From Candidatus Eiseniibacteriota bacterium (GTDB lineage: Bacteria > Eisenbacteria > RBG-16-71-46): a DNA stretch of 64,000 nt. Positions 30,068 through 40,722 of this stretch are shown piece after piece. The position numbers and the translations under genes are program-made. The DNA is taken from assembly GCA_963744995.1 (NCBI GenBank), contig CAVUWA010000002.1, forward strand, positions 64,001 through 128,000, given 5' to 3'. How positions within the stretch are numbered: position 1 is the first letter of the stretch; each line of letters starts with the position of its first letter. The notes beneath the pieces are model-generated. The model was given only the letters and a program-made list of their open reading frames with translations. It was not told where the DNA came from and searched no databases.

Positions 30068-30525
30068 GCCGACTCCCGGTGGGCGGGCGGCGGTTCGTTG
30101 AGCTCGACCCAGTAGCGGATGGCGTCGACCAGATACGCGCCGGGATGGCGCGCGTCGTAGCGCTTCACGAGAAAACTGTTGGCGCCGAGCGCATAGCTGC
30201 GCTGGACGTCGTTCGGCCGGTTCGACGACGACACCACCACCACCGGCAGCCGCTGGGTGGCCTCGTCGTGCCGAATGGAGCTCAGCACCTGCCAGCCGTC
30301 GCGTACCGGCATGTTGAGGTCGAGCAGCACCACGACCGGCGGCGCGGTCGCGGCCTTCTGCGGCGCGGCGGCCGGTTCGTCGAGGCCGAGCGCGGACAGT
30401 GCCTCGCCGCCGTCGTGCGCGACGGACAGACGCACGCCCAGCCCTGAACGCCGGATCGCACGCCGCGCCACGCGAAGGAAGTCCTCGTCGTCGTCGACGA
30501 GCAGGATGAACGGATCTCTGTTCAT
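30064..30525 (-). CDS. Single-domain response regulator
   Basis: ILLVDDDED, LLDLNMP..DG, SSS, SYALGANSFLVK. Confidence 0.9.
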
Positions 30526-32174
30526 GGCGTCGCCTTGAAGGTGGGGAGGGTGAACGAGAAACGGGCGCCGTGCTCGCCGTCGCTCTCGGCGGCGACGCGG
30601 CCGCCGAGGCGCCGCACGATGCGCGCCACGATCGCCAGGCCGAGGCCGGTGCCCTGGAAACGCCTGGAGGAGTGGAATCGTGTGAACGGCTCGAACACCG
30701 AAGCCGCCGCCTCGGGGTCGAAGCCCACGCCGTTGTCCTCCACGGTGTAGGTGTTTTCGTCCGCGTCGACGCTGCCCGAGACGCGGATCAGCCGCTCTTC
30801 GCGCTCGCGCGTGTACTTGAGCGCGTTGGAGAACAGGTTGGTGAGCACGCGCTCGACCAGCACGGGATCGCCCCACGCGTCCGGCAGGGCGCCGGCTTCG
30901 AACCGCACGTTGCCGGTGTGCTCTTCGCCGGACACGGCCTCCTGATAGGCGCGTTTCGCGACTTCCTGCATCGGCACGTGCTCGCGCACGGGCTCTTCGC
31001 GCCCCGCGCGCGCGAGCTGCACGAGATCGTCGAGGAGCGCGATCGCGGCCTGGCTGCTCTTCTGGATCCGCTGCAGCACCTTGCGGCCCTCGTCGTCGAG
31101 GCGCTGGCCGTAGTCCTCGTCGAGGATCGAGGTGTAGTTCACGACCGCGCCGACCGGCGAACGCAGATCGTGCGAGATCGAGTGGCTGAAGGCCTCGAGT
31201 TCGGTCATCGCGTCGCGCAGCTCGGCCGTGCGCTGCTCGACGCGGCTCTCGAGCTCTTCGTTCAGCCGGTGCAGCTCGCGGTCGCGCTCGGTGAGTTCGC
31301 GCACCCGCGCATCCAGCGACTCGTTGGTCCGCGCGAGCGCGCTCGAGAAGCTGCGTACGCGCAGGATCTGCAGGGCGATGGCGCCGATGCCGAGCGACAG
31401 CAGCAGCCCGGTGAGCAGCACGTATTGCGGCCACGGGCTCTCGGTGCGTTCCAGGTATTCCTCGGTCGGCTCGAAGTCCACGATCCACGTTCCGCCGGCC
31501 GACAACGAGAGCTTCACTTCCTTGTGCAGCCACGGCGGTGCATGAGCGGCCGCGGTGCCGCGCTGGAAGAGGGCACGGCCGTCGTCGGTGCGCACCGTGA
31601 ACGCGAGGCCGCGGGCGGTCTCGTAGCCGGTGCCGCCGAACAGCGAATCGGGGCGGATCTCCGCGGCCAGGGTGCCCACCTCGAGGTCCGGCGTGCGCAC
31701 CGGCAGGAGCACACGGATCGCCGGCTCACCTCCGATCGAGGCGCTCACGTCGGGGCCCGGGTGGCCGAGGTTCTCGACCGCGTCGGAGACGAGCTTCGGC
31801 GTCGGCGTCCATGACGAGTCGCGGGCGACGTAGCGGATGCTGTCACCGTTCGCCGAGATCCACGCGATCCAGGTAATGCCGGGGAAGTTGTCCGTGACCA
31901 TGCCGGTGTCGAAATGCCAGACGGGCATTTCCTGAAGTCCGTACAGCTGCCAGAACCGCGCCAGGTTGCGCAGTGCGAACAGGTGTTTCTCGACTCGATC
32001 CTGCAGCGTGCCGCGGCTCTCTTCGGCCAGATCCTGAAGCCCGGCCGCGGCCGTGGTCTGCATGTCCTGACGCACCTGCCACCAGGTGATGACGGTGATC
32101 AGAGCGCCGAACGAGAGCATCAGCACCGGGAGCAGGAGGTGACCACGGAGTCCTGGCGTGCGCAGCGCGGTCAT
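30522..32174 (-). CDS. Membrane sensor histidine kinase
   Basis: Two TMs around a periplasmic domain; SHDLRSP H-box, NALKY, DNGVGF, GTGLGL. Confidence 0.93.
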   Translation of the reverse strand: MTALRTPGLRGHLLLPVLMLSFGALITVITWWQVRQDMQTTAAAGLQDLAEESRGTLQDRVEKHLFALRNLARFWQLYGLQEMPVWHFDTGMVTDNFPGITWIAWISANGDSIRYVARDSSWTPTPKLVSDAVENLGHPGPDVSASIGGEPAIRVLLPVRTPDLEVGTLAAEIRPDSLFGGTGYETARGLAFTVRTDDGRALFQRGTAAAHAPPWLHKEVKLSLSAGGTWIVDFEPTEEYLERTESPWPQYVLLTGLLLSLGIGAIALQILRVRSFSSALARTNESLDARVRELTERDRELHRLNEELESRVEQRTAELRDAMTELEAFSHSISHDLRSPVGAVVNYTSILDEDYGQRLDDEGRKVLQRIQKSSQAAIALLDDLVQLARAGREEPVREHVPMQEVAKRAYQEAVSGEEHTGNVRFEAGALPDAWGDPVLVERVLTNLFSNALKYTREREERLIRVSGSVDADENTYTVEDNGVGFDPEAAASVFEPFTRFHSSRRFQGTGLGLAIVARIVRRLGGRVAAESDGEHGARFSFTLPTFKATP

Positions 32175-32404
32175 CCTGTCTTCGCTCAAGGGCAGCTCCG
32201 AAAAAGCCCGTCCGAACGGCAGGCGCCTTCGAGGGGGTCCCGAAGGCCACGTGCCGGGGAGCATCTACCCGCGTCCACCCGCGTGCAAACCGGCGGGCGG
32301 TGCCGGGAAGCGGGGGGCCCGCCGGCCGGCGCGGGACCGGTGCACGGCCGGCAGGCGCCACGATCCGCGCCCGCCGGCCGCCGGGCCGGCGCCGGTGGCC
32401 ACCG

Positions 32405-32902
32405 TCAGAAGCGGATGCCGCCCTGGACGGCCAGGCGGCTGTCATTGGCGACGACTCCCTTCATCTGCACGAACGGCCGCGCGGCGCCGTAACGCGCCCC
32501 GAGACCCGCGAACACGTTGAGACCGACGTCGGTGTCGGTGTCGCGTCCGTCGCGGTCGATGAACAGCACCGCCGGACCGGCACCCATCCAGTATGAAAGG
32601 CTCGACTCGGTCGGGAAATCGTAGTGGAAGTCGGGGTTGATCGAGATGACGTTCTCGAAATCGCCGATTGCGACCTCCACGTTCGGATTGAACTTCCACT
32701 CGGGCGCGCCGGCGAACGACGTGAGCATGCCGCCGCCGAAGCTCACCGCGTCGGGATCGGTATAGAAGCCGAGGCGCAACTCGGCATCGGTCTGCGCATG
32801 TGCGGGGACCACCCACGCCAGCAGACCGAGCAGCAGCATCGTGCCGATCACCCAGATCGCGGGGGAGATGCGTTCGAACGGATGAGGATGCGCATGTCTC
32901 AT
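32405..32902 (-). CDS. Small outer-membrane beta-barrel protein
   Basis: Signal peptide ending AHA-Q; amphipathic strands; terminal GGIRF. Confidence 0.75.
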   Translation of the reverse strand: MRHAHPHPFERISPAIWVIGTMLLLGLLAWVVPAHAQTDAELRLGFYTDPDAVSFGGGMLTSFAGAPEWKFNPNVEVAIGDFENVISINPDFHYDFPTESSLSYWMGAGPAVLFIDRDGRDTDTDVGLNVFAGLGARYGAARPFVQMKGVVANDSRLAVQGGIRF

Positions 32903-32974
32903 GTGAATCCTCCTGGTTTCGAGTTCGTGGGCCCGGCATTCGCCCGGGCCTGCGTGCTGCGCCGGGTGGAGAGC

Positions 32975-32989
32975 GCAATGCGCGTGCCA
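32975..32989 (-). promoter_or_regulatory. sigma54 -24/-12 promoter
   Basis: Minus strand TGGCACGCGCATTGC, a consensus match. Confidence 0.8.
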
Positions 32990-33082
32990 CGTGACGTCCA
33001 ATCGCACACGGGCTTGTGCCGCACCCTGTTGCGCGGCGGGGCCGGCATGGCGCCCGACGCTCCGAGGCGCCCGGCGATCCCT

Positions 33083-33096
33083 GCAATTTCTTCAAA
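33083..33096 (+). promoter_or_regulatory. Putative enhancer motif shared by divergent sigma54 promoters
   Basis: GCAATTTCTTCAAA, about 95-100 bp from each box. Confidence 0.5.
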
Positions 33097-33195
33097 CGGC
33101 CCACGCGCGGGGCGTCTTCGGTTCCGCGCGGCTCGGCGCCGTGCCGCGCCACGATCCGGCTGTGCGCACGCGCGTTCCGCCGCGCGCCGCCTGCG

Positions 33196-33210
33196 TGGCA
33201 CGCGCGTTGC
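33196..33210 (+). promoter_or_regulatory. sigma54 -24/-12 promoter
   Basis: TGGCACGCGCGTTGC, a consensus match. Confidence 0.8.
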
Positions 33211-33286
33211 CCCTCTCGAGGCGCGATCGACGCCGCGTCCGACGACGCGGCGCGGCGCCAGTGGAACCCCAACCACGGAGGGAACC

Positions 33287-34045
33287 ATGCATTCGATTCA
33301 TCGAGGCATCACCGCGAGCCTGTGCGTGGCGCTCGCGTTCGCGCTCGTTTCGTGCGGCTCGACCCGGGCCGACGAGAGCGCTGCCGGTGGCGTGGATCAG
33401 GATGCGGTGCACGCGAAGAACGTCCAGGGCGAAGCCGGCACCGCGCAGATGGCGGCAGCGGTTCTCAACGACGCCGTTGCCGACCCGGATCACTCGATCC
33501 CGCAGTCGCTGCTCGACCGGGCGCAGGGCATCGTCGTGGTGCCGGGCGTGACGAAGGCCGCGCTCGGGATCGGCGGACAGTGGGGCAAAGGGCTCGCGGT
33601 CGAGCGGCTCGCTGACGGCGGCTGGTCCGCGCCGGCCTACGTGTCGATCGGCGGCGCCAGCTACGGCTTCCAGATCGGCGCACAATCGACCGACCTGGTT
33701 CTGGTGTTCACCGGCGAGAGCGGGTTGAAGGCGCTGATCGACGACCACCTGAAGCTCGGCGCCGACGTTTCGATCGCCGCGGGACCGGTGGGCCGCAACG
33801 TGGAGTTCGGGACCAACCTGACCATGGATTCGGCGATCTACTCGTACTCGCGCACCGAGGGGCTGTTCGCGGGCGCCTCGCTGGACGGCGCCGTGCTCGA
33901 GTTCGACGAGGATCGCAACCACGCCATCTACGGCGCGGACGTGACGGCGGCCGACCTGCTCTCCGGAAAGGTGGCGCCGGTGCCGGCCGCCGCACCGTTC
34001 CGCCGCGCGGTGGCGGCGCACACCCCGCCGCAGGCCGCATCGTGA
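33287..34045 (+). CDS. Lipid-binding SYLF (Ysc84-like) lipoprotein
   Basis: LVSC lipobox; IP..LL.RA.GI.V.P.V.KA, WSAP, G.S.GFQIG.Q.TDLVLVF, YSYSR..GLFAG.SL.G. Confidence 0.92.
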   Translation: MHSIHRGITASLCVALAFALVSCGSTRADESAAGGVDQDAVHAKNVQGEAGTAQMAAAVLNDAVADPDHSIPQSLLDRAQGIVVVPGVTKAALGIGGQWGKGLAVERLADGGWSAPAYVSIGGASYGFQIGAQSTDLVLVFTGESGLKALIDDHLKLGADVSIAAGPVGRNVEFGTNLTMDSAIYSYSRTEGLFAGASLDGAVLEFDEDRNHAIYGADVTAADLLSGKVAPVPAAAPFRRAVAAHTPPQAAS

Positions 34046-34051
34046 CGCCAC

Positions 34052-34065
34052 TTTGTAGAAACGGC
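34052..34065 (-). promoter_or_regulatory. Putative enhancer motif (reverse orientation)
   Basis: Minus strand GCCGTTTCTACAAA. Confidence 0.45.
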
Positions 34066-34154
34066 GTCGCTCCGTGACGTTCGTGGACGCGTGGCACGGC
34101 CGCCCTCGACGGGCGGCGCGTGATCGCGCAACACGTTACGTGGATGCGCGCGCC

Positions 34155-34169
34155 CGGCACGCCCCGTGC
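34155..34169 (+). promoter_or_regulatory. sigma54 -24/-12 promoter
   Basis: CGGCACGCCCCGTGC (GG-N10-GC). Confidence 0.55.
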
Positions 34170-34227
34170 TCCGGACGGTGGCGGCCGGGACATGCGTGAG
34201 CACCCACATCACCAAGGAGACATCGTC

Positions 34228-35097
34228 ATGCGCAGACCCGTCATGTTCGGAATGATCGCCGTCATGGTCGTGCTGGCCGGAGCCGGGACGTGGGCGTACG
34301 CCAAGTACCGGACCCGCACCCACGAGTATCAGACCCTGCAGAGCGAGAACCAGCAGACCCGCGACCGCTACGGCGAGGCGATCGGCGAAATCGCAGCGAT
34401 CCAGGACAGCCTGAACGCGATCGTGCTCGGACCGGAGGAGGCCCGCATGGTCTCGAACCTCGATTCCGAATCGAAGCTCACCGAGTCCGAGGGCGACCGC
34501 GCGCTGGCGCGCATCTCGGTCATCAAGGCGGGCATCGAGCGCACCAAGACGCGCATCGAGCAGCTGGACCGCGATCTGAAATCGCGTGGCGTCAAGATCG
34601 CCGGCCTGCAGAAGATGATCGGCAATCTCAAGCACAGCGTGGCCGAGAAGGAAGAGCGCGTCGCCGCGCTCACCGCGCAGGTGGACACGCTGCAGAACAG
34701 AGTGACCGTGCTCGCGACGCACGTCGAAGAGCAGGATCAGACGATCCAGGAGCAGAGCGAGAACATCGAAGCCAGGCGCAAGGAGGCGAGTACGGTCTAC
34801 TACGTGGTCGGCACCAAGAAGGAGCTGACCGAAGCGGGCGCGATCACGGCCACCGGCGGCCTGCTCGGGATCGGCAAGACGCTCGAGCCGACGGGCACGC
34901 TGAGCACCGCGGAAGCGAAGCCCGTGGACACGGACTACCAGACGGTGATCCGCATTCCTTCCGAGAAGGTCGAAGTCATCAGCGCGCAGCCGCCGGAGAG
35001 CTACCGCCTGCAGGTGGTCGGCGATCAGACCGAGCTGACGATCGTGGATCCGGTGGCGTTCCGTGCGGTGAAGCAACTGATCGTGATGACCGGGTAG
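34228..35097 (+). CDS. Membrane-anchored coiled-coil protein with C-terminal beta domain
   Basis: N-terminal TM, long heptad region, YYVVGTKKEL...L.IVDP..F; AAGGAG RBS. Confidence 0.8.
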   Translation: MRRPVMFGMIAVMVVLAGAGTWAYAKYRTRTHEYQTLQSENQQTRDRYGEAIGEIAAIQDSLNAIVLGPEEARMVSNLDSESKLTESEGDRALARISVIKAGIERTKTRIEQLDRDLKSRGVKIAGLQKMIGNLKHSVAEKEERVAALTAQVDTLQNRVTVLATHVEEQDQTIQEQSENIEARRKEASTVYYVVGTKKELTEAGAITATGGLLGIGKTLEPTGTLSTAEAKPVDTDYQTVIRIPSEKVEVISAQPPESYRLQVVGDQTELTIVDPVAFRAVKQLIVMTG

Positions 35098-35136
35098 TGA
35101 CGCCCGGTGACGCGGGGTGCGGGACCCCCGCGTGGC

Positions 35137-35165
35137 GGCGGCCGCCCCTCGATGGGGCGGCCGCC
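35137..35165. terminator. GC hairpin between convergent genes
   Basis: GGCGGCCGCCCC-TCGAT-GGGGCGGCCGCC, perfect 12-bp stem, no U tract. Confidence 0.4.
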
Positions 35166-35203
35166 CGTCGTGTACCGGGCGCCCGGGCGAACGGCGCCGC
35201 CGC

Positions 35204-37633
35204 TCACCACCTCGCCGCCACGCTCGCGCGGATCGTGCGCGGCTCGTCGTAGAGCCGCGGGTCGTGGACCGGCACCCACTGCGGCGTGTCGCTCTCGGTC
35301 GACCAGTAGGCACCGCCGCCAAGTCCGGTCGCGGTGCGATACGCGCCGTAGTCGTCGTACGTGGTGTTCACGGTCGGGCTCGGGTAGCCGTCGAGCGTCG
35401 CGCTGTGCTCGGCGCGATGATCGAACGCATTGCGGATCTCGATGCCGAGGGTCGCCCACGGCAGCAGCGCCGGTGACCACCGGGCGCTGAGGTGCGTCGC
35501 CTCGGTCCACTCCAGGCGGCGGCTGTTGATCAGCGCGGGGTCCTCGAGCGGCTGGCGAAACGGTTTCGGCGTCCACGGGAACGCCGAGCCGACGCTGCTC
35601 GTCCATGCCAGCGTCCAGCGCCGGCCGGGCTGCCAGACGGCGCTCGCGGTGAGCGAGTGGCGGCGGTCCCAGGACAGCGGTGCATCCACGATCGGCGGAA
35701 CCACGGCGCCGCGCAGGGGCCCGTACGGATCGCCCTCGGGCCGCGACTCGTTGCCCCATGCCTCCATCCACGTGTAGTGCGCCTCGAAGCGGCGCGCTCC
35801 GCCGCCGGCGTGGAGCAGGCTCAGCTCGAAGCCGAGCGTGTGCGCCTCGTCGGCGTCGGTGAACACGAGCGCGCCCGGGCCCGCGGGAATCGACTGCCAG
35901 CGCGTGCCGACGAGGCCGTAGAGATCGCGGTAGAACAGCGAGGCCTGGAACGCCCACGCGACCGAAAGCAGATGGCGCAGCGAGGCCTCGTACGAGACCA
36001 GCGTCGCCGGTCCCATCGCCGGATTGCCGAGCGGGCGCCGGTTGCTGATCACCCGACGGTCGTCGTACAGGAAATCGCGCGCGGGCGCCTGCTGGACCCT
36101 GGCGTAGGCGAGCGAGAACACGTCCTTCACCGAGATCGGGTACGCGATGCCGAGCCGGGGCGAGAACGACCAGATGCCGCCGCCGCGGCCGGGCAGCGTC
36201 TGCTCGTCTCCCGCTGCGCCGGCGGTGAAGTACTCGGCGCGCAGGCCGGCGTTCAGCACCATGCCCTCGCTGATCCAGCGGCCCTGCGCGTAGGCGAATC
36301 CGCCCGGGGCCCGTGCGTGGTAGCTGCGGATCGAGTCGTACGGTGCGCCCTCGCCGCCCACCAGCCATGCGACCGGGAACCACTCGTACTCGAACGTCGA
36401 GACGTCCTCGTACGTCAAGCCGGCACCGGTCGAGAGCGCGCCGTGCGACCTGGTCACCTTGCCGTCGGCGCGCAGCGTCAGAACGTCGCTGTCGGATTCG
36501 CGGTAGAGCGGGTAGTCGCCCCACACCACGTAGAACTCGTCGCCGCCGTCGACCGGCCCGTACGAAGGCCAGTGCTCGCCCCGGCTCGACGGCCGGTCAC
36601 CGCCGACCGACAGCGTCTGGCGCGTGCGCTGCCAGCCGAGCGTCACGCGGCCGTGCGCCGGTCCGCGCGCGGCCGAAGCCGAAAGGAGCGTCGCCAGACG
36701 GCGCGTGTCGGTGATGCCCATGTGGTCGGCGGCGCGATAGCGCTCGTAGCCGGGCAGGTAGACGGGGCTGAAGGTGCGCGGACCCTTGGGCGAGGCGGGC
36801 ACCGAGGTCCAGCCGTCGAGCGACCAGTTGGGGCTGTACGGTTCCTCCACTTCACGGCTGCCGAGGACCTGCAGGGAGAAGCGCTCGGGGTGCTTCACGG
36901 GGGCGAGCTTCGCGAAGCCGAGCAGGTGATTCTCGGCGCGCCACCCGAGCGACAGGCCGAGCAGCGAGGTGCGATTGAAGCTGCGCAGGGTCGGCAGCGC
37001 GGTGTCGTCGAGCGTGAGGTCGGCCGCCGCTGCGAGGCCGAGCCCGCCGGCCGGCAGCGGGCCGCGGGCGAGCGCCGCGACACGGTCGAAATGGGTGCCG
37101 AGCCGCGCGTCGCTCTGCCAGCGCGTCTCGAACACCGGGGCGGGCGACGGGTCCACGGTTTCCAGGTCGATCGTGCCGGCGAGCCCGCTGGCGAAGGACG
37201 CGTCCGGCGCCCCGCTCACGAGATCGGCGCGCCGGACGGCGGAGAGCGGCACGCGCATCGCCCGTCCGCTGATCGGATCATCGAGCGGCACGCCGTCGAG
37301 GCTCAGCGTGGTCTCGCCCGCGCGGCCGCCGCGCACGTGGAGATCGCCCGCCTGCGCCACGACGCCGGCCTGGAGCGCGAGCGCCTGGGCGAGGTCGTTC
37401 ACCGGCAGGTCGTGCAGGGCGGCCGCGCCGATCGGGTGCACGGTCTGACTCGAGAGCATGTCCGGGAGCAGCGCATAGACCTCGACCGGGGCGAGGATCC
37501 GCACCACCCGGGCGGAGTCGCCGCGCGCGGCGGTCGAGTCGTCACGTGCGACCGCCGCGGAATCGGGCGGCGGGCCGCCCGGGGCGGCGGGCGACAGGGC
37601 GGCGAGCAGCAGGACGGCGGCGACAGCGGGCAT
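35204..37633 (-). CDS. TonB-dependent receptor
   Basis: Signal peptide; plug LHVRGGR..E....DG; NAGLR.EYF, FSPRLGIAYPI, GNP, terminal PRTIRASVAARW. Confidence 0.9.
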   Translation of the reverse strand: MPAVAAVLLLAALSPAAPGGPPPDSAAVARDDSTAARGDSARVVRILAPVEVYALLPDMLSSQTVHPIGAAALHDLPVNDLAQALALQAGVVAQAGDLHVRGGRAGETTLSLDGVPLDDPISGRAMRVPLSAVRRADLVSGAPDASFASGLAGTIDLETVDPSPAPVFETRWQSDARLGTHFDRVAALARGPLPAGGLGLAAAADLTLDDTALPTLRSFNRTSLLGLSLGWRAENHLLGFAKLAPVKHPERFSLQVLGSREVEEPYSPNWSLDGWTSVPASPKGPRTFSPVYLPGYERYRAADHMGITDTRRLATLLSASAARGPAHGRVTLGWQRTRQTLSVGGDRPSSRGEHWPSYGPVDGGDEFYVVWGDYPLYRESDSDVLTLRADGKVTRSHGALSTGAGLTYEDVSTFEYEWFPVAWLVGGEGAPYDSIRSYHARAPGGFAYAQGRWISEGMVLNAGLRAEYFTAGAAGDEQTLPGRGGGIWSFSPRLGIAYPISVKDVFSLAYARVQQAPARDFLYDDRRVISNRRPLGNPAMGPATLVSYEASLRHLLSVAWAFQASLFYRDLYGLVGTRWQSIPAGPGALVFTDADEAHTLGFELSLLHAGGGARRFEAHYTWMEAWGNESRPEGDPYGPLRGAVVPPIVDAPLSWDRRHSLTASAVWQPGRRWTLAWTSSVGSAFPWTPKPFRQPLEDPALINSRRLEWTEATHLSARWSPALLPWATLGIEIRNAFDHRAEHSATLDGYPSPTVNTTYDDYGAYRTATGLGGGAYWSTESDTPQWVPVHDPRLYDEPRTIRASVAARW

Positions 37634-37860
37634 CGAAGCTCCATGGATCGAGCCGCGCCCGCGGGACGAACGCAATGCGGCCGGGCTCTTCGAGGCCCGG
37701 CCAGCGCAGAAAGGCTACCGCGCTCCCTTCAGGAATTCAATGTGAATGGAACGGTGGGCGCGAGGGTGGGCGGTGCCGCATGCGCGCGGGGCGGGCGACG
37801 GCGTGCACCACGCGGGCCCCGTGCTCCTGCGGCCACCCGGGGCGCGGCCCTCCGCTGCGC

Positions 37861-38835
37861 TCAGGCCTTCGACGTCTCGGACGCCGTGGCTTCGGCGTGC
37901 GCCTGCGCTTCCAGCCAGCGCTCGGCGTCGATCGCCGCCATGCAGCCCGTGCCCGCCGCGGTCACCGCCTGACGGTAGACCGAGTCGGCCACGTCGCCCG
38001 CGGCGAACACGCCCTCGATCTCCGTCTTCGACGTGCCCGGCCGGACCTTCAGGTAACCGGCCTTGTCCATCGGCATCTGGCCCTCGAGGAATCGGGTGTT
38101 GGGCTGATGTCCGATCGCGATGAACACGCCGTCGGTCGCGTGTTCGGTGACCTCGCCGGTCTCGACGTCGCGGATCTTCACGCCGGTGACCTTCTTCGGA
38201 TCGCCGCCGAGGATCTCGACGATCTCGCTGTTCCAGAGGAACGAGATCTTCGGATTCTTGAGTGCGCGCTCCTGCATGATCTTGGACGCGCGCAGCTCGG
38301 CGCGCCGGTGCACCACGGTGACCTCCGCGAACTTGGTCAGGAAGTTCGCCTCCTCCATCGCGGTATCGCCGCCGCCCACGACCATGACCTTCTTGCCCCG
38401 GAAGAAGAAGCCGTCGCAGGTCGCGCATGCGGACACGCCGAAGCCCATGAGCTTTGACTCGCTCTCGAGCCCGAGCAGCTTCGCGGAGGCGCCGGTCGCG
38501 ATGATCAGCGCTTTCGCGCGGTACGTCTCGCCGTCATCCGCCTTCACGGTGAACGGGCGTTTCGAGAGGTCGACCGACTGCGCCGATGCGGCGATCATCT
38601 TCGTCCCGAAGCGCTGTGCCTGCTCGCGCATGATCTCCATGAGTTCGGGGCCCTGGATGCCGTCGCGAAAGCCCGGGTAGTTCTCGACCTCGGTCGTGAT
38701 CGTGAGCTGTCCGCCGGGCTGGTGCCCGATCAGCATCACGGGCTCGAGATTGGCGCGCGCCGCGTAGAGCGCCGCGGTGTAGCCGGCCGGGCCGGCGCCC
38801 AGAATCAGGATGTTGTGCGCGTCGGACAAGGTCAT
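37861..38835 (-). CDS. trxB: Thioredoxin-disulfide reductase
   Basis: [50 protein letters not shown]. Confidence 0.97.
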   Translation of the reverse strand: MTLSDAHNILILGAGPAGYTAALYAARANLEPVMLIGHQPGGQLTITTEVENYPGFRDGIQGPELMEIMREQAQRFGTKMIAASAQSVDLSKRPFTVKADDGETYRAKALIIATGASAKLLGLESESKLMGFGVSACATCDGFFFRGKKVMVVGGGDTAMEEANFLTKFAEVTVVHRRAELRASKIMQERALKNPKISFLWNSEIVEILGGDPKKVTGVKIRDVETGEVTEHATDGVFIAIGHQPNTRFLEGQMPMDKAGYLKVRPGTSKTEIEGVFAAGDVADSVYRQAVTAAGTGCMAAIDAERWLEAQAHAEATASETSKA

Positions 38836-39102
38836 CTCCAGGAAAGGGCCAACGACAGGCGCCGGGGGAGTCTAGAGCAGCCCGAGCCGGACCGGAAACC
38901 GCTCTTGTGATGCGCCGGCGGTGCGTGGCGATGCCCCGCAGGCGATGCCACCATGGTGGACCCGGTCCGGCGGGCCCGCGCACCGCGGGCCGGGCGCTCA
39001 GCCGCCGCGCATTTCCGGCCGCAGACCTGACAAGGCATTGACGCCGTGGCGCGCGCGGGGATTGTGGACGCGCCGTTCGAGCCGTTAGACTTTTCGCCCG
39101 AC

Positions 39103-40083
39103 ATGAAGACCCCGTGGATTGTCCCGCTCCTTGCGCTCGCGGCGGCGTTCGCCGCGCCGCCCGCGCGCGCCGCGGCGCCGCCGCCCGCGAAGTCCGCCGC
39201 CCCTGCTTCGGAGCGTCCGGCCATCGACGGCGTGCTGAAAGCCTTCGCGCATTCCGACATCGTGACGCTCGGCGAGCGGCCGTGGAGCCGGCTCGACAGC
39301 GACTTCCGCGACGCCCTGATCGCCGACCGGCGTTTCGCCGATGTCGTCGACGACATCGTGGTCGAGTTCGCCAATGCGCGCTACCAGCCGCTGATCGACC
39401 GCTACGTGCTCGACATCGCCCTGGTGCCGCGTGATTCGCTGCGAAAAGTGTGGGAAGACAGCTCGGTCCCGGGCGCCTGGGACTCGCCGGTCTACTCCTT
39501 CCTCCTCGACGCCGTGCGGCGCGTAAACCAGTTCCGGCCGCGCGACCGGCGCGTACGCGTGCTTGCCGGCGATCCGCCGATCGACTGGTCGCAGGTGACC
39601 TCCGCCGCGGACCTGCAGTCCTTCGGCGCGCGCGGCGCCTACGTGCTCGACGTCATCGACCGTGAGGTGATCGCGAAGAAGCACAAGGCGCTCATCGTCT
39701 ACGGCGCGCGCAACTTCTTCCGCCGCGACCGCGGCACGATCGCGGACGGCAACATCACCACGATCCTCGAACAGCGCCACCCGGACCTCCGGGTGTTCGT
39801 CGTCGGCACGGTGCCGGACCGCTCGCCGGCTCAGGCGCGGCTCGATTCGACGTTGACGCTGCCGGCGCGTCCGGTGCTGGTCCGGCTCGCCGATTCCAGG
39901 ATCGGCACCTGGCCGACGTCGACGATCTACCCGTTCGGCGACGGCATGCTGTCGGAGATGGCCGATGCGCTGCTGTACTTCGGCCATGTCGACGACGATC
40001 TCGTGCGGCCGAGCGACCGGATCACGCGCGACGTCGTCTACCGGAAGGAAGTCGAGCGCCGCAAGGCGCTGCTCGACCGCTAG
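39103..40083 (+). CDS. Exported protein, EreA/ChaN-like fold
   Basis: Signal peptide; IVTLGE, DDIVVEF.NARYQ, RVLAGDPPIDW, DALLY. Confidence 0.7.
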   Translation: MKTPWIVPLLALAAAFAAPPARAAAPPPAKSAAPASERPAIDGVLKAFAHSDIVTLGERPWSRLDSDFRDALIADRRFADVVDDIVVEFANARYQPLIDRYVLDIALVPRDSLRKVWEDSSVPGAWDSPVYSFLLDAVRRVNQFRPRDRRVRVLAGDPPIDWSQVTSAADLQSFGARGAYVLDVIDREVIAKKHKALIVYGARNFFRRDRGTIADGNITTILEQRHPDLRVFVVGTVPDRSPAQARLDSTLTLPARPVLVRLADSRIGTWPTSTIYPFGDGMLSEMADALLYFGHVDDDLVRPSDRITRDVVYRKEVERRKALLDR

Positions 40084-40098
40084 GCTGCAGGCGCAGCC

Positions 40099-40722
40099 TC
40101 AGGGCGCGTCGTCGGGCGGCGGCATGGCCGGGCGTCCGCGACGTCCGCGTCCGAGCGGGCCGCCGAAGCGCATCATGTCGAGGTAGCGGGCGCGCTGGCC
40201 CGGCTCGAGCACGCCGGCCTCCGCGATCATGTTCTCGGTGATGCGGGCCTCGATGCGCGCGTTGATCTCGCTCAGCCGCGCGGAGGCCGTGCGCACGGCG
40301 CCCGCGTCGATGCGGGGCGCGCCGAGCAGGTCGTGGATCCGACCGCGCTGCGCACGTGCTTCGCGGCGCAGGCTGTCGAGCTCGGCGAAACGCGACGTGG
40401 CGATCCCGCGCAGCCGCTCCACCTGCGCGTCGCTGAGGTCGAGCCGCCGGGTCATGTGCTCGAGGCGCCGCTCGAGCATCCGCCGATAGGGCGGCTGGGC
40501 ATCGTTGCCGGGAGCGCCGTCCATGTCGTGGCCCGCACCGCCGTTCCTTCCCGGAGCGCCGTCCCTGTCCGGCTCGCGCATGCCGCGCATCCCGCGGTCG
40601 CCGGGCGCGCGATCGTGCCACGAAGCGCGGCCCGCCGGCCGCGGCTGCGTGAAGTGCTGCCACAGCAGCGCGGCGTTGAGGCCGATCGAGGCCGCCAGCA
40701 GCAGGAGCCAGAGTCGCTTCAC
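40099..40722 (-). CDS. Spy/CpxP-family periplasmic protein
   Basis: SIGLN anchor; LDLSDAQ and VLEPGQR (LTxxQ-like) motifs. Confidence 0.82.
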   Translation of the reverse strand: MKRLWLLLLAASIGLNAALLWQHFTQPRPAGRASWHDRAPGDRGMRGMREPDRDGAPGRNGGAGHDMDGAPGNDAQPPYRRMLERRLEHMTRRLDLSDAQVERLRGIATSRFAELDSLRREARAQRGRIHDLLGAPRIDAGAVRTASARLSEINARIEARITENMIAEAGVLEPGQRARYLDMMRFGGPLGRGRRGRPAMPPPDDAP

